Part shown: piece by piece, positions 1 through 12,204 of the stretch
How positions within the stretch are numbered: position 1 is the first letter of the stretch
How the letters are laid out: every line of letters begins with the position of its first letter
DNA from: Plasmodiophora brassicae
Lineage: Eukaryota
Assembly (NCBI GenBank): GCA_036867785.1
Contig: CP145425.1
Coordinates: 186,001 to 250,000 of the forward strand
Direction: 5' to 3'
Length of the DNA stretch: 64,000 nucleotides
Notes under the pieces: generated by a model
What the model was told of the DNA's origin: nothing
Databases searched by the model: none
What the model saw: only the letters and a program-made list of their open reading frames with translations
Position numbers and translations under genes: made by a program

Positions 1-327
1 TTGGTGGGCTGAAGATTCCCGAATCGGCATTGTCCAACGATGCAGAGGCCCGATACAGACCAGAACGGATAGTCGTTTCGCTAAGGATGTGCGAGAGTTG
101 GGCCCCTTTGCGAATCATCATCAGATAGCGCGTTGGCTGTGCGGATGACCCTCAAAGACGGCTCGTCGTACACCATCGATTGTACTATGCCCGGCTTCGC
201 AGACGTCTGCTTGTCCGTTTACGTTAACAGACTTAACAGGCAGCCGGCCGGCGGCCGGAAAGCGTCAACCCTGAGAGAGACGCAACTGTTTTCCAAGCTG
301 CTGTTCACGAACGGTCAGCTGAAATGA
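1..327 (+). CDS. 3' end of an unknown protein-coding gene (partial)
   Basis: ORF ending ...FSKLLFTNGQLK* at 327, followed by an AT-rich stretch with AATAAA; no recognisable domain. Confidence 0.35.
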
Positions 328-691
328 AACCGTTTGTCCGAGGTGAAGTTCTGCGCCTGCGGTTTGAACGAATCAATAAACGTTTTCAAATGTCGCCTGT
401 TTTCATGGTAACGTCGGCTTAGGTAAACCGCTCCACCTGGATGAAGGTTCGCGATCGCACTACGTCGTCGCCGTCAGCAGCATGACCCCAAGCCGCCCTT
501 GCCCGTCTCTTTCCTTCCCATTGCTTTGTCGCGTCGGCGAGTGCTCCTCAACCCCCCCCCCCCCCCCCCCTCCCCTGGCTAACTATTTCCGGCGCATAAC
601 GTGCGGCGATTCCATTCACACCGCGTGGGAGTCCTACTCTCCGGGCCCCTTTCTTGGCTATTTCCGGTGCTCCGAGTTCAGATAGGCCCCA

Positions 692-2356
692 AATGTCGGC
701 GGTTCTATTCATTCTGCGCCGCTCTGCCGCGCTCTGGTCATTGTTGAAAACGTCGTGTGACCGGAGCAATGACGGTTTCGCACAGTGTCGTTGTCGCCAT
801 ATTCCTGTGGCTGCAGGTAAAACAACTAAGATGCAGTCATACGAGCCCCGTGCAACTCTGACACACGAACCAAGTCGCAGATTGTCGCCCCACGTGCGAC
901 CGATATCAACTGGATACTTCACGATGACGAAGGCGGCCCCAGATTCGCGTTGTCTTCCCCGATGCCAACCAGCAGGGCATCACCGAAGACGACCGGCAGC
1001 TCCTTCTTGATTTACATGGCGATGGACGATTCCGCGCACAAAGTTGCGATGTCATCAAGCGCCTGCCGAGAATCGCGAACCAATATCTCGACCAAGGTTT
1101 GTCGACACGTCATTTCTGAACGGCGTTGCTGAATGTGCCCTCGTATCCACTGACAGGGACAGGCAATGCGACCCAGATTATCCAGTCGATCTTGCAGGCT
1201 GCGGATGATCACATCGACGCATATGATGGCAAGTGTCTGGCAATGCTTGCAATCGCCGCCTCTCGGTTGAAGCCGTGTCGAACGCGTTTCGTCGTACAGT
1301 TCGCATACGCGTACAATCAACTGCCCGCGCCAAGCATCCGCCAGACCTGTTCTTCACTATCAGCAATCTTCTTTGCCCTGGCGATATGCAATGTTACTGA
1401 TCGACCTCTCCTTGGTCACTACGTCAGCCTCGTCGTTCACCATTTACGGTACTTCAAGGCGTCGGACGTTTCGAGCACGGCTCTGGCGTTTCATATCTTG
1501 GGCATCACAGATCTCGGCGTGTTCGTCAAACTGGCGAATCGTGCCATCCAAGTCATGAACGATTTCACGGCTCAAGATCTGACGCACACTGCCTTGATAT
1601 TCGGAATACGGCCGGGACGGTACTGTGGGCCATTCCCATGAAGATATCGATCGGTTCTGGAAACTTGCAGGTCGGCGTGCACGCACCGTCATGCATAGTT
1701 TTGATGCGACACTCATCACTACGACGGCATGGGCATACATCATAAGGGGTGTTGACGACCCGAAAGTGTTCCATGCACTTGCACGACAAGCAATAGCAAT
1801 CATTGACACGTTCGATGCCAATGCGGTGTCCGTTATGGCCTGTGCGTTCGCCGAGTTTCTTATCGCCGATGACGAACTGATTCTTCATCTGTCCGCTTGG
1901 GTAATCAGCAACATCCACACGTTTCAAGCGTCGGAGCTCGTAGCCACTGCCTGGGCTTTCGCCAAATGGAATCCCTCCACCGACGAACTTCACCGTCGCA
2001 ATCGCAAACTGTTTGACCAGGTGTCACGACATGCTCTTAGCATCATGCACACATTCAGCGCTCACAATGTCGTCCACCTTGCATTGGCATTCGCCACGAT
2101 GCGCATTGCCAACAGCAACCTGTTCCTTCGACTATACGATCACGCCACTGGCATCGTCGGCGAGACGTTCGACCTGAAGGATGTTCTCCCCACGATATGG
2201 GCATCTTACTCGCCGTCAAAATCCCTCGTTATGCCATACAGCTCGCGTGGGCGCGTGAATCCGCTGGTCCAGTTGCGTACGACCTACTCGGATCTGTTCT
2301 TCCCACACTCGAGTCAGGCATCCTGCCGCTCCGGCACATTCGCTGCAGGCGCATGA
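692..2356 (+). CDS. Helical-repeat putative organellar RNA-binding protein (OPR/HPR/FASTK-like), multi-exon
   Basis: ~37-38 aa repeats with F-x-A-x-x-(L/V)-x-x-x-A-(W/L)-A-F cores: FKASDVSSTALAF, FTAQDLTHTALIF, FDATLITTTAWAY, FDANAVSVMACAF, FQASELVATAWAF, FSAHNVVHLALAF. The Arg/Ser-rich N-terminus resembles a transit peptide. Confidence 0.6.
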
Positions 2357-3942
2357 TACTCGGATCCGCCAAGAGGACCAATGCCGTTACTTTTGTCCTA
2401 TCAATCATGAATACAAACGTGCCTGTCTCTCTGTCACAGCCGGCCTCACTTCGCTATGTGTGAAGTAGGTAGGAAAACACATACATTCCGAAACATTGCC
2501 ATTCTCGAGGCCGGTGACGGATGTCAGTGGTGGCACCAATTGAGATCCCTGCGTGGACCTCGGACCTCGTCCGAAGCGATCCGAGGTCAGCATCCGCCCA
2601 GAGCGCTGACCTGCGCGTGCATCATAGCCGACTTCGAGAGTACGTTCTTGAACAAGACCTTTTTGTTGGCCGTGTCACTGCCGAATTACACCTGTCGACG
2701 GTACCTGGCTACTGCCTCGTCTATTTAATTTAGTTCAGGTGATCTAATCTGAAGCAGCCGGTGTGAAGCAGATAAAGGCCAGATTTCAATTACACACAGG
2801 GTACTGGGACTCATTCTATGCCACCAGTCCACCGCACTCCATGATATTCCAATCTGAGCGAACAGATCGGCGCCAGGGACAACCAGGCCACCCAGGCGCC
2901 GTTAGACAGCGTCCGGATCTCCAGCAGTGCATAACGGGCGCGTACGACGCCGGACAGGACCGGGGCGTCATCCTTCCGGCCAGCGGGATCCGGTAGCAGG
3001 TGGCGGGGTCCATCCGCACGACGGTGTGCACACTGTTTACGACGCCGATCGCTCAGGGCGTACCTGCGATGGCCACATGTGCCGCCCCTGTACGGGCGTC
3101 ATATTGCTGTATGTATTACACATCTGCTGGATCTCGCGCCAGCGGCTCGTCGTGGTCGCTCGAAAGACAGGTGCAGCTGGCCGCGCGTCATCGTGCACGG
3201 GCGGCCGGCGCCGGTCTTCCTGCTGACCACCATCCGACGCAGGAACGCGTCCGACGGGCACGCGGCGACGAGGGCGACGTTGCCGAACCCGTACCTGCGG
3301 CAGTCAGGCGAAACGGGATCAGGTGCGCTGGTCCAGGACGTCGGCAGCATCGTCGACCGGCCCCTCCAGAGCGACGTAGGAGAACCAGTACCAGATGGCA
3401 GCTCGTTCGGGACGCCGAACCGGTTTCGGAAGCGGTCCGCGGGCGCGCATGCATGATGGCTTCCTCGATGAACGCCTGCGGGCGGACGCGCTTGCTCGAC
3501 ATGGCAAACGTTCCGCCGCGTCTTTCGCCAATCGTAGCCGGCGATGACCAGGCACCGGAACCTGGCCGTCCCTGGTCGGCAGGCGTTGTCGTGCGCGCAG
3601 GCAGAACGACAGCGTAGGCGCCTACCCATCGACATTGATGCTCCAGGACAGGCATGCAGGCATGACGTAGACGAGAACGACGCTGCCGGATGCGACCAAG
3701 AAGTGGGTGGGACGGACGCAAGCCCAGATGTTCATGAGGGACCGCCAGCAGCGTTACAGCGCGGCGGGAAGTCAATGCAAACCGAGGCAGGCCACCAGCA
3801 GTTCGACGCTGGGGGCCGTACACGGCGAGTTCGGGCGCCGAACGCGTCCAGGTCACGACGTCCATGCAGGAGACCACCCTGCAGCGGATATCCGGCAGGC
3901 CCCTGGTGACATCGCGCCGGAGGTCATGGCCGTTGTTGGCCT

Positions 3943-6900
3943 TTGGTGTTGCTTCGGGGCGCCCGTCAAGTCCGTACGGCAATGGCGATCTTGGTGGAGC
4001 CAAGCCTGTCGGCGCTTGACCTGACCGACATCGCACAGGGCGACCTGGTCGATGCAGACGCGGCATTGGACGGTGCGAACACTGGCGACCTGATGCACCT
4101 AGCGCTACTTGCATCGCAGTTCGGCAACGTACCGCTCATGCATTGGCTGCTGACGGCCCAGCACGTTCCGAAAGGCGTGCGAAACTCGAACGGCAACCTG
4201 CTGCATGCCGCCGTTATTGGCAACAGCTATGGTTCGATTCGATATCTCCTGCACGATTCTGAATCCCGCGACCTGTTTGACCTGTTCTTCGAGCCGTCGC
4301 CCTCGACCGCGCTGCAGATGGCTGTCGAACGGAACCATATCGAACTCGTCACATTCCTGGAGGACTTCCTGGGCGTTTTACGATGGATCGACCGCCCAGC
4401 AGCGCTGGATATTGTTTCCGCTTCCATCGGGTCGTCGGCGGATGAATCCGTCCGTTCCTCGCTGAAGGCGATTGCGAGGCGTTGTCAGACTGTTCAGCTG
4501 GCGCTTGTTAATAATCCCACCGTGGAGCGGCTACAGGAGATTGTATCGTCATTCGACTGGTGGAGCGATCGGGATTATGATTGGTCCATCGATCAACGCC
4601 GACATCTGTACGTTGCCATCGATATATCAGCGCGTTCGGGCAATGCGGACGTTGTGAAATGGTTTCTTGACGAATGCCGAGTGTCGTTGGTTCCGCCTGA
4701 AGGGCTGAACTGGTCGGGGATGAGTGTCGCCGACAATGTCGCTCTCGCTGGCGTCTGCTTCTCCCTGGACGACCTGCAGCGGTACGATAACACGGATGGT
4801 ACAACCAGCGCGCGCTGGTTGTACAATCTGGTCGTTTCCAATTGGGACGGGAAGGACCTTGACCAGTTGATGGGTCGATTCGAGAAGTATTTAGAACGCA
4901 ACGAAAGCAACGTCTGGTACAAGGCGTTATCGTCTCAGGGATCCGACGCGTACATTGACGTGATTCGTGTCCTTGCGACGCGTGTTGGCAGCGATGGCAC
5001 GTTCTGCCTACCGCGTCTGGACGTCGTGATCGCTGCTGGCCATCTTAAAATGCTGCAATGGCTGGTTGACAGCGCCATTCTCGACTTGTCCGCTGTGGGC
5101 GCTGCGGGCAGTACTGACCATACTGGTGCAGGCGTTCATGGCACCGTTGCTGTCCACGATGGTGATATCGATTACGACAACATGTGCCCTATATGCTATA
5201 CGAGCGATTGCCACAGGACTGCTCTTTCGTGCGGGCATCGATTCTGCGAACCCTGCCTGCTGCAGTGGTTCAGCCAACGCGACGAACTCGTTACAGCGCT
5301 GTCCTGTCCGACCTGTCGTTCCGGGGTGCCTGTCTCCGCAAGGTTCCTTGCGACGTCGCATTTGTACAGTATTCTCGGTGAACTGGACTGGCTCAAGTGC
5401 AGCGCCTCGATGACGGTGGCCGAAATTCTCGTCGGAATCGCTGCCGGGTTCGGATCAGCGTTCATATTGCAGTGGCTTGTGGAAACGGCAAACATCGACG
5501 TTGAACGATTGTCATTCCAGGGAAGGACGCTCCTTCATATCGCGTCGGACCGCGGCCAAACAATTATCTGCCTTTGGATTCTTCATCGACACCCGGCGCT
5601 CGCAGGCGTTGTCGACTCGAATGGAGCATCCCCGGCGGATACAGCGCTGAGTTCGTCATTTGTTTCTGAATCATACCATGTGTTGGCCTCGTTTGTCAAC
5701 TGTGGACATGTGCCTCGAGATTGGCCCAATGTTGCCGTTGACCATCCCTGTGAATCCATCCGACGTTGGGCTCGAGACGTCAAAGCGACGCTCGGTTTGA
5801 AGCGAGCCGTTGTTCTCCTGAACAATTGCCCTGATGCGCCGATAACCTCCTTAGCCAACTTGTTTGAACCCTTCGACGACGACCTGAGATCACCTACGGA
5901 CAACGGAAACATCATCCCACTGCTCTTTGCACTGGCTGCCTGCAATCGGCGGTACGACGTTCTCCGATGGCTGTTCTCTGCGAAATTCGACAAGTGGCGA
6001 CTGGAGATCTTGTCTTGGAATGGTCTTGGTGCAATGGATATTTTCCAGGTTTGCGAGCTAGCTGCCACAGACGGCAACGATAGTCACGATCACTTGCAGC
6101 CCTTCTTGGAGGAAATCCGGAATATTCGTAATGCGGTCAAGTCTATTCGGTGTTTCGAGTATCAGACCCTGCCGGCAATGATTGACCATAATGCGCCGAT
6201 ATCTGAATTCGAGGCCGCCATCGAAGCGCGTGATGAACGGTACCGTAACATCCCCGACGATTTCAGGGAATTCCTTCCCGCCAAAGTCAGGTTAACCGAA
6301 ATTGTCATTGGGCATGGGCTCAATGCGCTGCAGTATGCGTTCGAAAAGGGGTCGTTAGCAATTATGGAAGCGTGCCTGAATCGGGTGCGTGACGATTTGT
6401 CCAGTACCGAGTCACTGTTTTCTGCGGTTCTACTCAGAAACGGGAATGTACAAAATGTGTCGTTCCTCCTGGAGTGGCTTGAACGACAAGGGCTACCTGT
6501 CGACGGACCTGTTGTATCTGACGATTCCACATATGGCAGCCTTCTGGCCTACTTCGCTAAGCAGCACTCGTTATACTTGTCTTTGGGTCGTTCACTTGAT
6601 ACGAAAGGGGATTGTGCAAGGTATTGGGACGTCGTCCAATACCTTCTCCAGCGCGACGGCGTTGCAAAGAACCCTCCACAGATTTTATTCAATTATGGGG
6701 AGTCGAGGTTCATGACGATATCGTCGAGTGATGATGAAATTGAGAAACACTTCTACGACGTTTCGGCGCAGATCTTACGAGCGTTCCAGGCTCTCATTGC
6801 TGCTGGCGCCAATCTGTCCGATCGCAATGACGACGGAAAACTCATTGTTGAGTCAATGTTGTCTTCACCAACGTGGCCAGTATACCTGCAAACAATTGCC

Positions 6901-7044
6901 TTCCTCGTAAGAGATCACGGCATTGATATTCAGTTTCTGGCGCCGACCAACTGGGTACGAGCTTTCGGTTTCAACTTCATTGACTTCGACGATCAATTTG
7001 CCTCTTTGCAGCGTGAACAGGCTGGCAGCCGGATTCGTCAATGA
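3943..7044 (+). CDS. Ankyrin-repeat protein with internal C3HC4 RING finger (putative E3 ligase)
   Basis: 1033-aa intronless ORF with ankyrin motifs (GNLLHAAVIG, STALQMAVERNH, GRTLLHIASDRGQ, LNALQYAFEKG) and RING CPIC..LSCGHRFCEPC..CPTCR. Start uncertain. Confidence 0.8.
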   Translation: MVLLRGARQVRTAMAILVEPSLSALDLTDIAQGDLVDADAALDGANTGDLMHLALLASQFGNVPLMHWLLTAQHVPKGVRNSNGNLLHAAVIGNSYGSIRYLLHDSESRDLFDLFFEPSPSTALQMAVERNHIELVTFLEDFLGVLRWIDRPAALDIVSASIGSSADESVRSSLKAIARRCQTVQLALVNNPTVERLQEIVSSFDWWSDRDYDWSIDQRRHLYVAIDISARSGNADVVKWFLDECRVSLVPPEGLNWSGMSVADNVALAGVCFSLDDLQRYDNTDGTTSARWLYNLVVSNWDGKDLDQLMGRFEKYLERNESNVWYKALSSQGSDAYIDVIRVLATRVGSDGTFCLPRLDVVIAAGHLKMLQWLVDSAILDLSAVGAAGSTDHTGAGVHGTVAVHDGDIDYDNMCPICYTSDCHRTALSCGHRFCEPCLLQWFSQRDELVTALSCPTCRSGVPVSARFLATSHLYSILGELDWLKCSASMTVAEILVGIAAGFGSAFILQWLVETANIDVERLSFQGRTLLHIASDRGQTIICLWILHRHPALAGVVDSNGASPADTALSSSFVSESYHVLASFVNCGHVPRDWPNVAVDHPCESIRRWARDVKATLGLKRAVVLLNNCPDAPITSLANLFEPFDDDLRSPTDNGNIIPLLFALAACNRRYDVLRWLFSAKFDKWRLEILSWNGLGAMDIFQVCELAATDGNDSHDHLQPFLEEIRNIRNAVKSIRCFEYQTLPAMIDHNAPISEFEAAIEARDERYRNIPDDFREFLPAKVRLTEIVIGHGLNALQYAFEKGSLAIMEACLNRVRDDLSSTESLFSAVLLRNGNVQNVSFLLEWLERQGLPVDGPVVSDDSTYGSLLAYFAKQHSLYLSLGRSLDTKGDCARYWDVVQYLLQRDGVAKNPPQILFNYGESRFMTISSSDDEIEKHFYDVSAQILRAFQALIAAGANLSDRNDDGKLIVESMLSSPTWPVYLQTIAFLVRDHGIDIQFLAPTNWVRAFGFNFIDFDDQFASLQREQAGSRIRQ

Positions 7045-7540
7045 CGTATTTTCGGACCAACCGAAATAATACATGATGTTTGACTTTGAAAGTAGGGATC
7101 ACGGCCGCGCAGCCGCGCTGGCGAAGGTCCCTGTGACACTGGCGCTGTTGGTCGACAGATAGCGATGATCCGAGGTCGTGCTGTTCTTAGCAATATAATC
7201 CGAATGGGGTCTGCTCTCCGAGCATGATGTACGATATTTTCCAAGGCGCCAACGCCACTGCTGTCGCGGCATGCAATCGCTGCCTCACCGGTGCCAAGCT
7301 CCGGCGGACTGATACCGGACGATGTCTATGGGTACCACCGTCACCCGGGCACGATGCTTTTCGTGCGATTCCATTTGGACCCCAATCTGGCTGCATTTCT
7401 GATAGACCTTGCGGATTCAGATGCTCAATGCTCCGAGACCGGACCACCCACCGGTCCACACCGCTTGCGTCAGTAGCTTCGGAACTGCCCCGTGAAAGCA
7501 CCGAATTACCTAAGGCCTAAGGGTGAACACCTGTCAGGCG

Positions 7541-8983
7541 ATGGCGATGCCTGGGGGCCGGGTGGTCGCACATATTTTGGGGGAGCGCGCGCCCACTGAA
7601 TGGGCCATTCGTTTTGGCGCGGAATTGGTGCGTGAGGCGCGAGCGCAAAGAGAGCCGCAGGCGGTCAGTGGGCGAGTCGGCGCCGACGAACGACGATCCA
7701 GACCCCGAGGACGACGGGTGGCCGGCCCCGCCCGCCAGCGACATCCCACGCGGACTGATGCCTCAACCGCCGCGTACCGTCCTAGGGACGCTGTCGCAGA
7801 ACACGACGCGCGCGGAACGACTGCAGCAGTGGAAGGTACCGGCAACGCCGGTGACGCGAGGCATTTGTCGCTGATGGGGACCCAGGAGACGCGTGATGCC
7901 GATTCAAAGAAGCGGAAGGCTGCCCCTGAGACGGCGACGACGACGACCGAGCAGCTGCGTAAGAAAGTCAAGGCTCAGGCCGAGGAGCTGGAGTGCAAGA
8001 CGGCCCTGATCAGCGAGCTTCAGTCACAGATCGAGAAGGATCGTGCTACCAAGGTCCATGCGTACGTGTTCCGTTTCATGGCACGCGTTGTGACATAGGA
8101 GGTGGCGAACAGGTGGAAGAGCCGGCGCCCAACGACGAATTGGGAAAGTGGCAGGACCGCGTCCGGCGGGCCGAACACGAACTGGACGTTGCCGAGACGT
8201 CGAACCGTGAGCTGAGGCGCGCCCTGCGCTCAGCGGTCGCCGACCACGACAACGACCAGGATGCAATCGCGGCGCTTCGTGCGGTACCCGCCCCATTGCT
8301 GTTTCCCGTTCAGCGAACAGCCCCACTGATACGGCAATGGGGATGCCCAGAAATGTTCCCAGATTGTCCCGCTGCAGTCGTTCGTCGCCGAGCTGTCCCT
8401 GTTCCTGAAATGTGCAACGGCGGCGGCCTGCGAACCGGTCGTCGTCGTGGCCGCCCCAGCGGAACCGGCCCGTCCCTCTCGCGAGCTCGTACGCGCGCGG
8501 AAACTTCATCGTGCTGAAATCGTTCGTTCGTTGGTTACGTCCTTGTGCTATGTTTGACGCGTGCCTGGCAGGCTGTCCTGGTGAAGGAGTTGGCCGTGGT
8601 GCGTGGCAAGGCGGCCACGTTAGAAGCGGAAGTGGCCCGGCTGCAGTTCGAGAACGAAGTACTCGAGCAGCAGGCGCTGTCGACGGTGCAGAGCGGCGTC
8701 GAATACGTTCAGTACCCTGGATCGCGTCCGACGAACGTGACGGACTGACGGGTCGGTCGCACAGATTACCAAGCTGACCAAGACGCATTACGAGGAGCGG
8801 CAGGTGGACCGCGACGAGATGACGGCGTTCGTCGAGACGGTCCAGGCGCCGTTATCCGACAGCCTGGACAAGAGCATGGAGAAGATCAAGCAGCTGCAGG
8901 CAGAGCTGGCCCAGGTCAAGGAGCGGAACAGAGTCCTAGAAGCGCAGTCGACGAAGGCGGCGACCAGCGATCCCTCAGACTGA
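7541..8983 (+). CDS. Coiled-coil protein of unknown function, multi-exon
   Basis: Exons with heptad-rich text (EQLRKKVKAQAEELECKTALISELQSQIEK; LEAEVARLQFENEVLEQQ; SMEKIKQLQAELAQVKERNRVLE) separated by GT-AG introns; TGA at 8981-8983. Start uncertain. Confidence 0.55.
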
Positions 8984-9112
8984 TTATGGACCCCGTTCCA
9001 CGTCCCTGCCCTGATAAGTACACGACAATAGCCAGAGTTGACGATGCCAGTGAGTGTGGGCCAGGGGCACCCTATTTGGGGACTGCCCTCTCCGCGTCGG
9101 GAATAGAACCCA

Positions 9113-9940
9113 ATGAATCGCATTCGGCCGGTCATCGTCGTCAGGCTCACGCGTCCCGCCCGGCGAACGATGTCGATGAAGAACGTGTTGGTGGCCGTCG
9201 CCGACGGCTGTGAAGGTTCCATGCAGCCAGGTGGTGGTGGTACGCGCCCGTCGTCACTGACGCCGCTCGCGTGCGCGCACAGACATCGAAACCGTCACCT
9301 TGATCGATACGCTTCGTCGCGGCCGCGTCGACGTCACGGTGGCATCGGTCGGGAAGTCGACGACGGTGACGCTGGCGCACCGGACGAAGCTGGTGGCGGA
9401 CGCTGCCCTGGAATCGGTCAAACCCCGAACGTTCGACTGCATCGCCCTGCCTGGTACGGATTCCATGCCGTTCCTGTGCGATTCTCACGAATGCCAATGC
9501 AGGTGGCATGCCCGGTGCGACGAACCTGCATGACAGCGCGACCTTGGCCGGCATGCTGAAGAAGCAGCGAGCTGAGAAGCGCTGGATTGCCGCCATCTGC
9601 GCATCGCCATTCGTCGTCCTCCATGTCGTGCCCACCCGGTCACTGCTCCGGACCATAGCACCCGGCTGACATCTTCTCTACTCAGCAACACGGCCTCCTT
9701 CGTGGCTCCAGAGCCACGTGCTACCCGTCGTTCGCATCGAAACTGCCCAGTGACGTTCGCGCTGACGGCGACCCAGACGTCGTCATCTCCAGCCAGATCG
9801 TGACGAGCCGCGGCCCGGGAACCGCCACATCCTTCGCCTTGTCGGTCCTCGCCGTTCTCAACGGCAACAAATCCGCCAACGACGTCGCCAGCGCGTTGCT
9901 GGTCGACTTTGTGGCCCCCGTCCCGCTCCAGGCCGCCTAA
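9113..9940 (+). CDS. DJ-1/PfpI/ThiJ family protein (4 exons)
   Basis: Spliced text KNVLVAVADGCE/DIETVTLIDTLRRG...FDCIALPG/GMPGATNL...IAAICASP...ATCYPSF...IVTSRGPGTATSFAL, with catalytic Cys in AICASP; TAA at 9938-9940. Confidence 0.92.
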
Positions 9941-10530
9941 CGCGTGACGACATTATGCTTCAAGTAAACACAACTTTAGACCTCCGCGCACGACGGCGCC
10001 GGGGCACCACCGATATGCCTGATGAAGGATTCGACAAATCGGGCCCTGGAGCGTCGGCGAAGTGTCGCCTGAACTGAAACCTTCACAGCCGTCATTCGTC
10101 AGCTAGCGACCCCTGTAGCGTTCGCCAGAGCATCGCACCCGGCGAACCGGACTACGCTGGCCGGAGAGCAGAATGGCCTCAGGGCTGATTGCAGCGGGCC
10201 GCCGATCAGCGAGGACACGCTCTTTCTGGTGCTTGCTATTGTATTGTTGTTAAGACCCAGTTGTGACACGGGGGACCCGGCAGTTCCACAGTTGTACGCG
10301 GCGACGGCGGCATGCGCCAACTTGCGGCAACTCATGCAGTCAGCTTCAGGGCGCGGCCTCGTTTGGTGGAGCCCCCCCCCCCCCTCCCCCCAACCCCAAA
10401 CCCCCTTATTCCACGCTTCGTCATTTGCTCATTGTTGCTCGCGCCGGGTGCTCGACATGCTGTCGTGCGGGGCGACAAGATCGGGCTTGCGCTACAAGCC
10501 GCATGCGAGCGCAAGCGCAATTACCCCTTC

Positions 10531-11704
10531 ATGAATACCGCGACCGGAGGCACACATGACGACCGAGTCCGAAGTACGGATGCGGTGCGTGCCGGTATTG
10601 AGATGGCTGCATGCGTCAGGACATTCAGTGAACTGTCGCCCGAGAAGCGGATTCGCTGCCTGTTCCGCAACCCGTATGAGGTGGTGGACCTGCTCCAGCA
10701 ATTGCCCGCGGGGACGATCCCGGCGTGCATTGCGCAAGGCGTCGATCTGGACCTGTTCTTGCAACTTCTCCATCGATCTGATCGTCTCCCGTGTCGGATC
10801 GCGTACGCCGACGGCGACATCGTGGTCACACGCCTCACGACCTCGTCGTACCACGCTGGGGCAGCTGATGTATTTACGTCAATTCTGACGTCAATGGCGC
10901 CATTGGGCTCGTTTGGCGACTACGCCGACACAGGTAATGTCGCAATTGAAGTGCTCGTGCATGTTGTAAGAGGCCATGGTAGGGTTCCAGATGGGAAATT
11001 TTGTCATCGGTGCAGACCGTGCTTTACAGACCAGGCCGCCTACCTCAGCGCCGCCGGGTGAGTTTACGTCGACCACGGTAGGATACGTATACCATCGTAG
11101 CATGTGCCAAATGAAACAATACGCGCCCAGGGGAACAGACGAACGCCGTCGATCGTCGTGGAGGCCTGCGTCGGCCAGTCATGGCACTCTACGTTGCTAA
11201 AGTACCCGTTCGATCTTTCGCGTCCCGCATCTGACCGCAGGCAATGGTCTGGGTTGGACAAGGCCACCATTTGGGTGGACCCCTTCCAGACGGGGGCCTT
11301 CGACCCACGGTCGAACGTTCAGGAGGTGCTAATCGTCAAGCTATATTCCTCTAATCGCATGCGAGTCGGTCGCGCGCAGTTGAAATGAGTCTGATCATGA
11401 CGCTTAACGTCAAACGTAGGCTGGCCGCGTGTCTCGGCACTTTCCAACCAGTACATTCGACGAACACGGCCGCGTCGAGTGCGTTGAAGATGTAGAATTC
11501 GGTCCCGACAGCTGCAATGCCCTGGGGCAGGCGTTCATCCATGTACCTCTTCCGTCAATGTACAGCCCGGGCGCTGTCCCACCAGTCTCCAGTCTAACGG
11601 CGCCGCTGCATTGCGCGTACGTCCAGTACGAACGTCCGGATGGACGCTTCGTATGGGCGCTGCAGATCGACCTTTACTTCCTCCAGCAGTCGATGCGGTT
11701 CTAA
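10531..11704 (+). CDS. Uma2-like / Crinkler-type restriction-endonuclease-fold (PD-(D/E)xK) protein, multi-exon
   Basis: Motif order: YADGDIVVTRLTTSSYH, RVPDG, TPSIVVEACVGQS, KATIW, VQEVLIVKLY, then C-terminal VEFGP...IHVPL...LQIDLYFLQ. Confidence 0.55.
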
Positions 11705-12204
11705 ACATGACGCTCGCAATAAACACAGCCACGATGGGCAACGACGATCAGTGGTGCGCCGATGGCTTCGAACCAGCGCATCTCTGCCTGTTGCTTTTTG
11801 AGCGTGCCGCCAAGGTTGCACTGAGCAAATTGCCACCTAGGTTTAGATAGTGGTCGACGTCCGATCGGCAGAGGCAAACCGTCGGCCTTCAGGTTCGCCC
11901 GACTCGCCAATGTCACGGTCGTTGGACTTAGGGATTACGGACGCGGCCGACACTCGACCTGCCGCCTGGTGCCTTCGCCCGTCAGCGACCGTCGCCGACA
12001 TCCTCTCTCGCGCGCGACCTTGACGTACAAACACGATTCGTGTTTCCAGCGCGGCTCCAAATCAGGACGGGCGGTTGAAGGCACACTTGCCGCCGAGGTC
12101 CTCTGGTCCAGTCCGTTTCATCAGTTGATGGAAATAGGGGCCGGCGCCATGGACGGCCCTGTGGCGCCCGACGGCTCAGCAACCCGCGCAGCAAATTCAA
12201 CACG

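Noticed and set aside
552-575. Poly-C tract (a similar C-rich tract lies at ~10372-10405) as a G-quadruplex or regulatory element
   Set aside because: Simple homopolymer; nothing beyond composition supports a function.
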